The notes under the pieces: generated by a model | What the model was told of the DNA's origin: nothing | The model's database searches: none | What the model saw: the letters and a program-made list of their open reading frames with translations, nothing else | Shown here: one piece after another, positions 37,916 to 47,339 of the stretch | Layout: the number at the start of each line of letters is the position of its first letter | How positions within the stretch are numbered: position 1 is the first letter of the stretch | From: Candidatus Poribacteria bacterium | GTDB taxonomy: Bacteria > Poribacteria > WGA-4E > PCPOR2b | NCBI GenBank assembly: GCA_965215015.1 | Contig: OZ244042.1 | Location: forward strand, 3,168,001-3,232,000 | Direction of reading: 5' to 3' | DNA: 64,000 nucleotides | Made by a program: the position numbers and the translations under genes

Positions 37916-40441
37916 TTATACCGATCCATCGTCCAAAATTGAGACAATCCCCTGAGTTCCATCAACGTGCAAACGTTGCCCCGATTGGATGCGTTGTGTC
38001 GCGGCGGTAACATTCACCACCGCCGGAATGCCGTATTCCCGTGCGACGATAGCACCGTGTGACAACATACCACCATACTCCATCACTAATGCAGCGGCGT
38101 GGAGAAAGAGCGGCGTCCACCCCGGATCTGTTGAAGGGCAGACCAAGATATAATTTTTACCGGCAATCTGTGCATCGGCTGCATCCAGGAGGACATATGC
38201 CTCGCTGGTAGCAACGCCGCCTGACACCCCAAGCCCTTGAATTTCATCTTTTGCTTCAACCGCTTGAGGCTCGCCGATACGGTTGAGGATATCGCTGTAG
38301 ATGACGCCCGGCAGTTCAATCTTTAATAATCGCGATCGGGTTGTTTTTCGCTCCGCAATCACCGACTGGAGGTCTTCTCCTTGGGTGAGTTGATTCAACT
38401 CATCGGGTACAAGGTAGAAGATATTCCCGTCAAGTTGATAGCGTCGATCCAGTTCCAGTAAAGCTTTTCGGATTAACTCGTAGCCGAGCATGAGATAGAA
38501 TTTCGCTGTTTCTCGGAACGGCATGTACCGTTGTGTCAGGTCAAGGACTTTATTGATCTGTTTCCCAAGTGCGGCGGCTTTACCTGCTGGGAGCTGTGCC
38601 AATCTCCTTTTTGCTTTTTCTCGATTTGTCTTTTGGGCTTCAAGATGCGTTGCCGGATTCGCATCAGGATTGATGCGGAACGATGTAACAATCTGTTCAA
38701 CATAGGACGGTTCTTCACGCCAGCGAGGCTGCGCCAACTCAAATTCACCGACCGAGCGATGTCCGTATTGTTCCAAGAAATCGTCCAGCGCGCACTCGCC
38801 CTGTGCGACTTCCCACATTTTCATATTAGCATCAACGGTCAGATCGCTGTCCGACCCGGTGATTAGCAATCTAGCGAGATCTTTTGCCTCACTTTCGCTA
38901 AAACATTTTTGAAGGGTAATTTCCAACTGCTGATAGGAAAAGTTTGCAAACACCGTCGCCTTGAGCGCGTCCTTAGCAAACTTATTGAGTGTTTTATCGC
39001 ACCATTCGTGGAATTTATCAATCACCTGTTGATCTGACAGTTCTTCAAGCGAAATTTGTCTTTGCGTCTGGACATACTGTTCAAACGCGGGAAAGATTTT
39101 TTCGGAGAGAATTCTATCGAGATTTTTACGAATTTTACTATGTTTGAGTTCAGCGGTAATTGCCTTGACGATATAGTAAGGAAACTTGATCCAAAACAGA
39201 GGGTTACTACGTTTGATGTTTGGAGTCGGTTGTGGATAGACTGCCTTATGTGGGTCGCGTTTGAGTTGCTGAAAATCGTGTTCAAACAGAAATCCATGGA
39301 AATTAAATTCTACTTCTCGACTCAAGTTGAAGTAGAGGCGTCCACAGATTAGATCTAGCATTCCCTCCTCATCGAACCTACGGCTGGGTAGAAAACCCAA
39401 CTCCCGGCAGGTCAGTCCAAACCCACCTCGCCCCGACATAAATTCCCGCATGATTGCCCATGTCATGGGAAGGGGGTGGGGTAGGACTTCGGAGAGATTG
39501 TATCGACTCCAAACCGTTCCGCCTTCATCGGCTTTCTGCTGGAGGGCTTCAATTTCCTGATGGCGCAGCTGCTCAATCTCGGCTGCGTCCGTGAGCGTTG
39601 TTATGGGGCGTGCCTGAAGCAAATAGAACTGTCCGTTGACGTGTCCCCATTCGATGTCTTGGGGAGTGCCATAGAACGCTTCCACTCGCATACCAATCTG
39701 GCTGAGTTCAGTAACCTGTCCACGTTGCAGGCTCGGAATCTCCCGTTGACCAATTGGCACGGCTTGCACTCCCTCACGTGCAATCATTTTCCGTTTAGTT
39801 ACTACGGTCTCCCGGATGAGTTCACCGGTTGCTCGTGAGACCATAAAGTGATCGGGTGTAACGTCTCCGGAAACAACGGACTCTCCCAAGCCCCAGTTTG
39901 ACTCGATGACCAGTTCATCACTCCCTGTCGGACTGCGGGTAAACATAACCCCGGAAACTTCAGCGTCGATCATTGCCTGTACCACAACAGCCATCGCCAA
40001 CGGTGTTTCCTCAATTCCGTGGTCCCGGCGATAGGCAACCGCACGCTCTGACCATAGGGACGCCCAACATAACTTAATCTTCTCCAAAAGTTCAGATGCT
40101 CCATAGACATTTAGGAACGTATCCTGTTGTCCAGCAAAACTGGCGTTGGGAAGATCTTCTGCGGTCGCAGACGAGCGTACCGCAACTCTATCTGCACCTA
40201 ATTCGTGATAAGCCGTTAAAATCGCCGACTGGAGCGCACTCGGTAGTGTAATGGCTTGGACGGCTTCACGGCTCCACATATCAACCCCTTCAACGGTGGT
40301 AGGATATGCGTCGGTCGTAACACAGAAGCCGGGTGGCACAAGAAATCCCGCCGCCGTCAACTTGCCAAGATTCAACCCTTTTCCACCGACAAGTGGGAGG
40401 GCAGCGTCATCAATTTCTGTTAGATGTTTGATCAATGTCAT
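37916..40441 (-). CDS. PEP-synthase/dikinase-like phosphotransferase (rifampin phosphotransferase-type architecture)
   Basis: VGGKG, AVRSSATAED..ASFAGQ, DIEW, LQARPIT; central domain; C-terminal swivel GGMLSHGAIVAREYGIP. Confidence 0.85.
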   Translation of the reverse strand: MTLIKHLTEIDDAALPLVGGKGLNLGKLTAAGFLVPPGFCVTTDAYPTTVEGVDMWSREAVQAITLPSALQSAILTAYHELGADRVAVRSSATAEDLPNASFAGQQDTFLNVYGASELLEKIKLCWASLWSERAVAYRRDHGIEETPLAMAVVVQAMIDAEVSGVMFTRSPTGSDELVIESNWGLGESVVSGDVTPDHFMVSRATGELIRETVVTKRKMIAREGVQAVPIGQREIPSLQRGQVTELSQIGMRVEAFYGTPQDIEWGHVNGQFYLLQARPITTLTDAAEIEQLRHQEIEALQQKADEGGTVWSRYNLSEVLPHPLPMTWAIMREFMSGRGGFGLTCRELGFLPSRRFDEEGMLDLICGRLYFNLSREVEFNFHGFLFEHDFQQLKRDPHKAVYPQPTPNIKRSNPLFWIKFPYYIVKAITAELKHSKIRKNLDRILSEKIFPAFEQYVQTQRQISLEELSDQQVIDKFHEWCDKTLNKFAKDALKATVFANFSYQQLEITLQKCFSESEAKDLARLLITGSDSDLTVDANMKMWEVAQGECALDDFLEQYGHRSVGEFELAQPRWREEPSYVEQIVTSFRINPDANPATHLEAQKTNREKAKRRLAQLPAGKAAALGKQINKVLDLTQRYMPFRETAKFYLMLGYELIRKALLELDRRYQLDGNIFYLVPDELNQLTQGEDLQSVIAERKTTRSRLLKIELPGVIYSDILNRIGEPQAVEAKDEIQGLGVSGGVATSEAYVLLDAADAQIAGKNYILVCPSTDPGWTPLFLHAAALVMEYGGMLSHGAIVAREYGIPAVVNVTAATQRIQSGQRLHVDGTQGIVSILDDGSV

Positions 40442-40526
40442 AGGCGTGATGCGTAATGGGAAGACAAAACACTCGCCCCCTCAATATACCGTTTGCATTC
40501 CGGCTTCCAATGAACGCTTACAACGT

Positions 40527-41579
40527 TCAATCCGACTGTTGCTCTGGAAATGGAGCGCGGATATCGTAACGTCCCTCTACAAATACAGGTAGCATGCCCC
40601 CTTCAACCATCAAATCCAATGGGTTAGGACGTGTAGTTAGCGGAAACTTGACAACATCCTTAATTCGTAAAGATTCATAAATCGCCATCAGAATTGCCAT
40701 CGTCGTAGCGGCGTGTCTGCCTGCGTTGCGATGTTCCTCAATTTCTTCATCAAGCCACGCAACCATTTCTTCAAACTGATTCGGTTCACTCTGACGCGGC
40801 GTGATGGTCTGCCAACCCGCGCCCTTGCTATTGAGCAACTCAATTGTTCCATCTGCACCGCGCCTGAGTTGACCGTCGCTCCCGTAAACAGCATCGCCCC
40901 GCAGACTGGGTTCAGGCAAATCGCTCTCATAGATTCCGCGGATGCCGCCTTCAAAGCAGATTTCGCCCATGCAAACGTCTTCACAACGTACCCGGCGCTC
41001 CCACTTATCTGTCCGCCGAGAGACTTGTCCAATTAACCACAACGGTTCCGGATCGCCGAGGATGTAGCGCATTTCGTCAATCTCATGTGTGCCTCGATTG
41101 AGTAAACCATACCCATCGCGCCGCAACATCGCCTGCGGTTCGCCGATCGCGCCTTCCTGAATGAGTCGTCGTGCCTCACAATTCTGGGGCATAAAACGTC
41201 GTTGATGCCCGATGACGAGCTTGGTCCCACTCTTTCCACAAGCGTCCATCATATCCTGCGCTTCACCATAGGAGGCACTCATCGGTTTCTCACCGAGGAT
41301 TCCCAACATCCCTGCCTCTGCAGCAATCAACGTAAGTTCGGCGCGCACACTTTGCCATGTTGTAATACTCACAACGTCCAGTGTCTCTTTTTCAAACATT
41401 TCGTGGACATCAGTATAATGCGTTGGTAGTGAAAATTCCGTTGCTAGCCTAGCAGCGGCATCTGGATTCATATCCGCTGCGGTCACTACCTCCGCGCGCC
41501 CGGTGGTTGGCCAAGCGTTAGCATGAGATCTTCCCATCCCACCACAACCAATAATTCCAACTCGGTATGTTTTAGCCAT
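40527..41579 (-). CDS. Gfo/Idh/MocA-family oxidoreductase
   Basis: IIGCGGMG, EKPM, HQRRF, GTHEID; start at ATG 41579 after AGGAG. Confidence 0.9.
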   Translation of the reverse strand: MAKTYRVGIIGCGGMGRSHANAWPTTGRAEVVTAADMNPDAAARLATEFSLPTHYTDVHEMFEKETLDVVSITTWQSVRAELTLIAAEAGMLGILGEKPMSASYGEAQDMMDACGKSGTKLVIGHQRRFMPQNCEARRLIQEGAIGEPQAMLRRDGYGLLNRGTHEIDEMRYILGDPEPLWLIGQVSRRTDKWERRVRCEDVCMGEICFEGGIRGIYESDLPEPSLRGDAVYGSDGQLRRGADGTIELLNSKGAGWQTITPRQSEPNQFEEMVAWLDEEIEEHRNAGRHAATTMAILMAIYESLRIKDVVKFPLTTRPNPLDLMVEGGMLPVFVEGRYDIRAPFPEQQSD

Positions 41580-41895
41580 AAATTTTATCTCCTTAAAAGT
41601 CCGGGGCAAATTAGATTCAATACTCCAAGTTGAAGAACCAACACTCTGATAATAGTGCCCATTATATCAAATTCCCCAATTTTAATCAATTGGAAACCGT
41701 TTTTTGAGAGTGTTTATCATCATTGGTTTTGTGAATCATAGGTGTGAGAAGGGTTGTCAGATGACCGATGCAGCTTGAATAGGGTTTTGGGGACATCAAG
41801 AGTTATCTTGGCTTTGAGGTCCTCATTTTGAAAAAACTGACCTGACTCCATGCAAGCGAAGGGCGGAAAGAGAAGCGGGATAGCGTCAATTATTA

Positions 41896-42204
41896 GAGGG
41901 GTGCTCATACTAATTGTCTGAATCTCGGATTAAACAGATGACGCGGATTGCACGGATAGGAACAAACGCGCAATGAATTGCGCTACTACGAACAGGGTTA
42001 TCTATGTGAGGGGTGCTCATACTAATGACATGGATACAGATATGGGTCTCAGGCGAGAGATGGGGCAAGATGCCCCACCCGCGGGGTTGGGGTGCTTTGT
42101 TTTTCCCCATTCGGGTTGGGAATTTAATGACAGTTGGGTGTTAGCCAAGCCATATGCGGTAACGATTATGTGGTTTACGGTACGCGGAGCGTGCCTACTC
42201 CTTT
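41896..42204. mobile_element. GAGGGGTGCTCATA-family MITE copy (left end duplicated at 42008)
   Basis: Shares ends and internal segments with 28458-28705 and 63401-63630. Confidence 0.7.
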
Positions 42205-42241
42205 AAATTATTAAAGTGGATTGGGGGCAATCCTAACATTT

Positions 42242-42388
42242 CATAAGCCCCAAGAGGCAATTGTCCATCTCAAAAGGGCAATCGCCCTGGAACCGGAAAA
42301 TGCGGGCTTATACCTTGAGCTTGGAAGAAATTATAGCGCATTAGGCAAGGCAAATCTTGCCTTGGCTGCATACAAAAAATCGAATTAA
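42242..42388 (+). pseudogene. TPR-repeat gene relic
   Basis: Manual translation HKPQEAIVHLKRAIALEPENAGLYLELGRNYSALGKANLALAAYKKSN*, a typical TPR sequence with no start. Confidence 0.65.
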
Positions 42389-42549
42389 CTCACCCCAAAC
42401 GGATTGGCTGAGGTTAGTCTCCAAATCTATGAAGGGGCAAAACAATGAACCTACGACTGGGCATGACCCCCAATTCACGACAGGTCATCCTTTCAGGGTT
42501 TAGTGATAGGACCTCCCTACGTCCAAGTATATCTGAATCGTCGAAGAAC

Positions 42550-43383
42550 CTACCAACCTCGTTTAATCTCTCCCCAAGTTGTAGCAAGTTTGCCTGATGC
42601 GGAAACTGCGAACAGTACATTCCCTATCCCTGTCTTGAGTTGTATAATCTCAGCTTCATCTAAGGCAACGTTGAATATGACCAATTCGTCGATCACACTT
42701 TCACTGAAAGAATCAAACCTTTCCGGAAGCAATGCACCAATATGTAGACTCCTCTTAGAATCCGGAAACAAGGTTATTCTTTTTTCACCATCCCGGAGCG
42801 CAATCTCCCGCGAGATGCCATCAATATACATCACAGGGTCAGCCTCATCGTCTTTAGCAACAGCGACATAATGATGCCACTGATTGTCAGGGATACCCTC
42901 TACCCCCCGGAATCCACCTTTAAAAAAGAAAAAAAACATATTTTTAAGAATCTTGTGGAGTGCTATCCCATAATTCGTCTGCCCCTGTTGACCGTGCGCC
43001 CAGTTCCCTCCTTTTTCAAGAATATAGAAAGGTGCGGCAACAATATCGTTTGCATCCTGTCGGAGCGGTCTTTTTACCCATACAGACATGGTGATTACAT
43101 CATCAATCTGTAACTTTCTATGGTGTGGCACTTCCAGATATTTGCCCTTCCCAAAGGCAAATGCCTTTCCAAATTTTCCCTCCACCAACTCCGGATTATT
43201 CACCACTTTCGCATGGTGCAGGTTGCCGGACAAATCTTTCGTAACTTCGTTCTCGACTTCATCAAAGAGCCACAGCGCAACAATATCCTCTGGCTGAATT
43301 CGAGCATCACTTATGTGCGTCAACATCAAACTCGTGACCATTACGATGACACTTACACCTAATTTTGTTAAGGCACTTTTCAT
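42550..43383 (-). CDS. Exported LamG/concanavalin-like jelly-roll protein with C-terminal GKLATTWGEIK tail
   Basis: Signal peptide, LWLFDE, GKFGKAF, WHHYVAV, IDELVIFNVAL. Confidence 0.85.
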   Translation of the reverse strand: MKSALTKLGVSVIVMVTSLMLTHISDARIQPEDIVALWLFDEVENEVTKDLSGNLHHAKVVNNPELVEGKFGKAFAFGKGKYLEVPHHRKLQIDDVITMSVWVKRPLRQDANDIVAAPFYILEKGGNWAHGQQGQTNYGIALHKILKNMFFFFFKGGFRGVEGIPDNQWHHYVAVAKDDEADPVMYIDGISREIALRDGEKRITLFPDSKRSLHIGALLPERFDSFSESVIDELVIFNVALDEAEIIQLKTGIGNVLFAVSASGKLATTWGEIKRGW

Positions 43384-43401
43384 TTTTTATGCTCTCCTAT
43401 C

Positions 43402-44301
43402 TTAGTCCGACGTCTTCTGCACAATGATTTCCTCCGACGTTTCCAATTTTAGCTGCTTAGCAAGATTTCCTTGGTTGATGGCTACCTCAAAAACGCCACC
43501 ACTCCCAAACAACCCAACATAATCGCCTACTGGCACATCCCCATAAGCCTTGACATATTTGCAGCGGATTTTCTGCTGGGGGCTAAACTCAACTTCGATG
43601 GTTTGCTCACCCTGTATACCCAATCTCTCGAACAGATCTGGACGTATATTGGTGATGGCATTTCCATATTCGTCAATTACATCAATCTGTCCAACAATTG
43701 CGCCATCGACCAATTTTGCAAACGAAATTGGCAGCTGCACATGCTCTTTCAAAACGGGACCGACCTTTTCAAACGCAAATCCTTTGGCAAGATGTGCAGC
43801 AGTCGGTCCAAAAATATCGCGACCATGAAAGGTGCTCGACTGAGCTGCTCCCCGCATGACATCAGGGTTTGTGATTTCCCGCACCTCCGCAACACCCATC
43901 GTCTTACCGATTAGTGTTAAGAGTCCGTTATCCGGCGCAACAAAATAATTCCCATTCTTTGTTTTCATTACGATAGGTTTACGTTGTGTGCCAACTCCCG
44001 GATCAATAACGCCAACGAAAACGGTACCCGGCGGGAACTCTGGAGCCGCTTTGGCAAGTGTGTATGCCCCCTCTTTAACATCAAACTTTGAAACTGCGTG
44101 AGAAATCTCGTCAATTTTCGCTTGCGGGAAAACCTTATACATTGCACCCTTCATCGCACCGACGTAAAAATCCTTAAAACCAAAATCGGTTATCATGATG
44201 ACTAAGCCGTTGGTCTCGGCTCCCATTGTAAGCGGCGTCAAGCTGGCAACAATCAGAAACAAAAGTAGCAGCCGGACGCCGTAGCAAAAGCATTTTCTCA
44301 T
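43402..44301 (-). CDS. SAM hydroxide adenosyltransferase (DUF62; chlorinase/fluorinase superfamily) with N-terminal signal peptide
   Basis: TDFG, VIDPGVGTQR, PDNGLL, STFHGRDIF, DEYGN. Confidence 0.88.
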   Translation of the reverse strand: MRKCFCYGVRLLLLFLIVASLTPLTMGAETNGLVIMITDFGFKDFYVGAMKGAMYKVFPQAKIDEISHAVSKFDVKEGAYTLAKAAPEFPPGTVFVGVIDPGVGTQRKPIVMKTKNGNYFVAPDNGLLTLIGKTMGVAEVREITNPDVMRGAAQSSTFHGRDIFGPTAAHLAKGFAFEKVGPVLKEHVQLPISFAKLVDGAIVGQIDVIDEYGNAITNIRPDLFERLGIQGEQTIEVEFSPQQKIRCKYVKAYGDVPVGDYVGLFGSGGVFEVAINQGNLAKQLKLETSEEIIVQKTSD

Positions 44302-44350
44302 CGTATCACAACCTCTTTCTTTTAATGGTTAAACAATTTATCGAGAATTT

Positions 44351-44890
44351 TTAGCAAGCTTTGGATTTGGCATTTGTATCATATACACGGTCAATGCACA
44401 GATTAATTGTCCCAAGGTTAGAAAGTTGAAAAACGTAGGCATCTTCACGATTGTCCATATAATATTGCTTCCGAATAGAAATAATCCGAAACCCAAATTG
44501 TCTGTAGAGATGCTGTGCTGGTATATTGCTCACTCGCACCTCCAAAGAGACACAATCGCCTCCCAATGCTCGGATGTGTGCAAGCGATTCAGCAAACAAG
44601 TATTTACCAATACCTCGATTTCGATAGTCGGGAGAGGCCGCAAAGTTTGCAATATAGGCATCGTCTTCCACAACCCAGAAATTAATAAACGCAATCGGAA
44701 TTTGATGGTGACGGGTGACGAGGAAGTAAACATGACGATTCCTCTGCCTCAATCCCTCACGAAACGTAGCTTCATCCCACGGAGAGGAAAATGAACTACG
44801 TTCAATCTCCATTACCACCGGCAGATCGCTTTCTTGCATGTAATCAATCTGAACCTCTGGGAATGGCAGCTTTACCTTGATGCTTTTCAA
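44351..44890 (-). CDS. rimI: Ribosomal-protein-alanine N-acetyltransferase
   Basis: IERSSFSSPW, RNRGIG, LEVRVSN..AQHLY, RKQYY..NREDA. Confidence 0.85.
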   Translation of the reverse strand: MKSIKVKLPFPEVQIDYMQESDLPVVMEIERSSFSSPWDEATFREGLRQRNRHVYFLVTRHHQIPIAFINFWVVEDDAYIANFAASPDYRNRGIGKYLFAESLAHIRALGGDCVSLEVRVSNIPAQHLYRQFGFRIISIRKQYYMDNREDAYVFQLSNLGTINLCIDRVYDTNAKSKAC

Positions 44891-44998
44891 CCCTTATTTT
44901 TCCTATTTTTACAGATGCTTTCCCTACTCGCTCTGGATTTTATTCGCTTGTTCCATTCTTGGTCCACCGGCGACCATCTGTTATAATAACCTAAGTTG

Positions 44999-45222
44999 CT
45001 AGGGCGTGTTGACATTTTGCTGGTGCCAATTCCACAAATGCTGTAAGTCGATCAAGGTTCATATCTCGACAAAACCCCCTGACTATAACGCAATCTAGGA
45101 ACCCCCACTCCCGCAAGCAGGGGGAGAGCAACCGTGTGGGTATTCGGGATTAGAGGGGGGTCTGCCATTGAAAATCCTCGGAGCGGAGATGGATTCAATT
45201 TGTCAAATGTCAACAGAACCTA
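44999..45222. mobile_element. CTAG-flanked MITE (TIRs ggcgtgttgacattt / aaatgtcaacagaac)
   Basis: CTAG at both ends; internal C-rich/G-rich hairpin shared with about 56990-57087. Confidence 0.7.
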
Positions 45223-45236
45223 GATATAGTTTCCTT

Positions 45237-45274
45237 TACAGGATGTTAATAGCGATACAGGATGTTAATAGCGA
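45237..45274. repeat. 19-bp tandem duplication
   Basis: tacaggatgttaatagcga x2. Confidence 0.9.
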
Positions 45275-46120
45275 TTAGCCACTCTGCGTAAATTGCTGAT
45301 ACTCATTTACTAGGTTAGATGCTGCTTCATGGATGAAAGCTAGTTCATCTGCTGTCTCGAAAAACTGTGCTCCACGCCCCACCCATTCTCGCGCTGCATT
45401 TGCGTTGGATGCGGTTGTACCAAAGTAAACGCCATGCTTCTTGCAGATTTGGAGAATTTCTCCCATTGGACCCGTCACCTCAGGATGATCATAGTCCCCG
45501 GGGTGTCCCATCTCAATAGAGAAATCGCCGGGACCGACGTAGACCATATCTACCCCCGGCGTACTGATGATTTCTTCGGCATTTTCGTAAGCGCGTCGAG
45601 TTTCGATATGAACGACTAGCGTTGTTTCTTCATCCTGCTCAGCCATCCACGTTTTCCAGTCAGCTGGCTGAAGGTAGCTGCTATTTCCATATCCGGGCGC
45701 GACCGCCCGCGTGCCGGCTGGGGGAAACTTGAGGTAGCTGCGCAGCGTTTCGACCTCCGCTCGTGTTTCGGTGCGGGGCAGCTGTATTCCAACAACGCCA
45801 CACTCCAGCAGCTTTGCTACTTCGGCACGTTCCAATTGCGGTGTTTTGGCAATAACCGGGAGATTGTTGTCCCGGGCGCATAGGACCGAATCCGCAAATG
45901 TGGTCATCTCGAAGAAGCCGTGCTCGTACTCGATGTACATAAAATCGAACCCCGCCTGCACATACAATTTCACCAGCGATGGACGGAGATGCTCGGCGAC
46001 CATACCGCCGACAAGAACATCGCCGTTTCGCAATCGACACTTTAAGAACCGTCCCGGTCCCTCTGCCGATCCGGGGGTGTTCATCGTATTGTTTAATTTT
46101 CCCATAGTTATGTCTTCCAT
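45275..46120 (-). CDS. HpcH/HpaI-family class II aldolase
   Basis: GFDFMYIEYEHG, HIET, VYVGPGDFS. Confidence 0.88.
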   Translation of the reverse strand: MEDITMGKLNNTMNTPGSAEGPGRFLKCRLRNGDVLVGGMVAEHLRPSLVKLYVQAGFDFMYIEYEHGFFEMTTFADSVLCARDNNLPVIAKTPQLERAEVAKLLECGVVGIQLPRTETRAEVETLRSYLKFPPAGTRAVAPGYGNSSYLQPADWKTWMAEQDEETTLVVHIETRRAYENAEEIISTPGVDMVYVGPGDFSIEMGHPGDYDHPEVTGPMGEILQICKKHGVYFGTTASNANAAREWVGRGAQFFETADELAFIHEAASNLVNEYQQFTQSG

Positions 46121-46274
46121 AAAAAGATTTCAAAGATTCGACTTATGGATCAGGGTTAAAACAGGCGGCAGACAGTGGGCACCCTCGACTGATCCGAATA
46201 GACCTTACAAATGTACAGAAATTTTATCCAGGTGCGTATTTCCCTCTCTATCAAAAGGATTTCAAAAAACGGAA

Positions 46275-47213
46275 TTAGGGCGTCCATGTTTTAGCAAGTT
46301 CAGCGTATTGGCGCGCTTGGGCGGGGATGTTCACGCCAACCTCCTTTGACCAAGCATCAAGCAGTCGCAGATAAATGGATCCGGGCTTTCCGTCGCCGAT
46401 TGGCTGAAAGTTGAAACGGGTAACAGGCATCATGCAAATGGTGGTACTGGTCCACCAAGCTTCATCCGCCTCTCGCACATCGTAGGGTTCAATGTCAGCT
46501 TCGTGGACAGGGATGCCGAGTGTGGAGGCGAGGTCCATACAGGCGTGCCGAGATACACCACGCAAAATATCGTTGGGTTTTGAGGTCAAAATCTCACCCT
46601 CCCGAGCTATGAAGAAGTTGTTACCTGTTCCCTCGGTGATGAAGCCGTGCTCGTCGGTCAGCAGTGCCATCGCGCCCTCCTCTAGCCTGCTCGCGTGAAG
46701 TTGAGCGATTTTGTAGAAGATGCGACTCCGGTTTTTCGCTTTGGGATCAATATAGCGTGAGGGCACCGATTGCTGCGGTGTGATGACAAAGTGGGAGCCG
46801 GTTTCATATTTGTCAGCCTGATTACCGATGTGACGGATGAGCGGGAGGACATTGATGGACACGATAGGGGAATCACCTTCTTTGATGAGAGTATCATAAA
46901 GTGGCAGACCGCCTCGGGTCACATCGTGCATAATCTGGAAGTCGAAGCCATTGAGAGCGGGTAAGTTCTTCTCAATGGTCTCATAGGTAGCGGCTTCCAT
47001 TTCGTCTATGGTAAGACCACAATCAATTTCCGCATAGCGTATCGATCCGTAGAGTCGATCCAAGTGTTCGCGTAGGCGGAAGGGTTTCTGATTAAAAGAA
47101 CGGGTCACCTCAAAGACCATATCGCCGAACATTAGCGCAGAGTCAAAGATAGAGATGCGTGCTTCGCGTTCGGGGATAAATTCCCCGTTGAAATAGACCA
47201 GACGTTGAGCCAT
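46275..47213 (-). CDS. Class IV PLP aminotransferase (branched-chain/D-amino acid type)
   Basis: FGDMVFE, HLDRL, KAKNRSR, TEGTGNNFF, LRGVSR; start at ATG 47213. Confidence 0.9.
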   Translation of the reverse strand: MAQRLVYFNGEFIPEREARISIFDSALMFGDMVFEVTRSFNQKPFRLREHLDRLYGSIRYAEIDCGLTIDEMEAATYETIEKNLPALNGFDFQIMHDVTRGGLPLYDTLIKEGDSPIVSINVLPLIRHIGNQADKYETGSHFVITPQQSVPSRYIDPKAKNRSRIFYKIAQLHASRLEEGAMALLTDEHGFITEGTGNNFFIAREGEILTSKPNDILRGVSRHACMDLASTLGIPVHEADIEPYDVREADEAWWTSTTICMMPVTRFNFQPIGDGKPGSIYLRLLDAWSKEVGVNIPAQARQYAELAKTWTP

Positions 47214-47339
47214 GATGTGCTCCTTTACTAAATTTATATCCATCCTAAACAGCCTACCAAGCTCCTGACAGCTATCAATTCAACTACGCGCAATAAATTG
47301 CGCTACTACAAACTGATTCCTCCAATTGGCTGATGGCTA

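Noticed and set aside
43402-44301. Fluorinase/chlorinase
   Set aside because: Carries the TFHGRD and Asp/Arg residues of the hydroxide-transferring DUF62 branch
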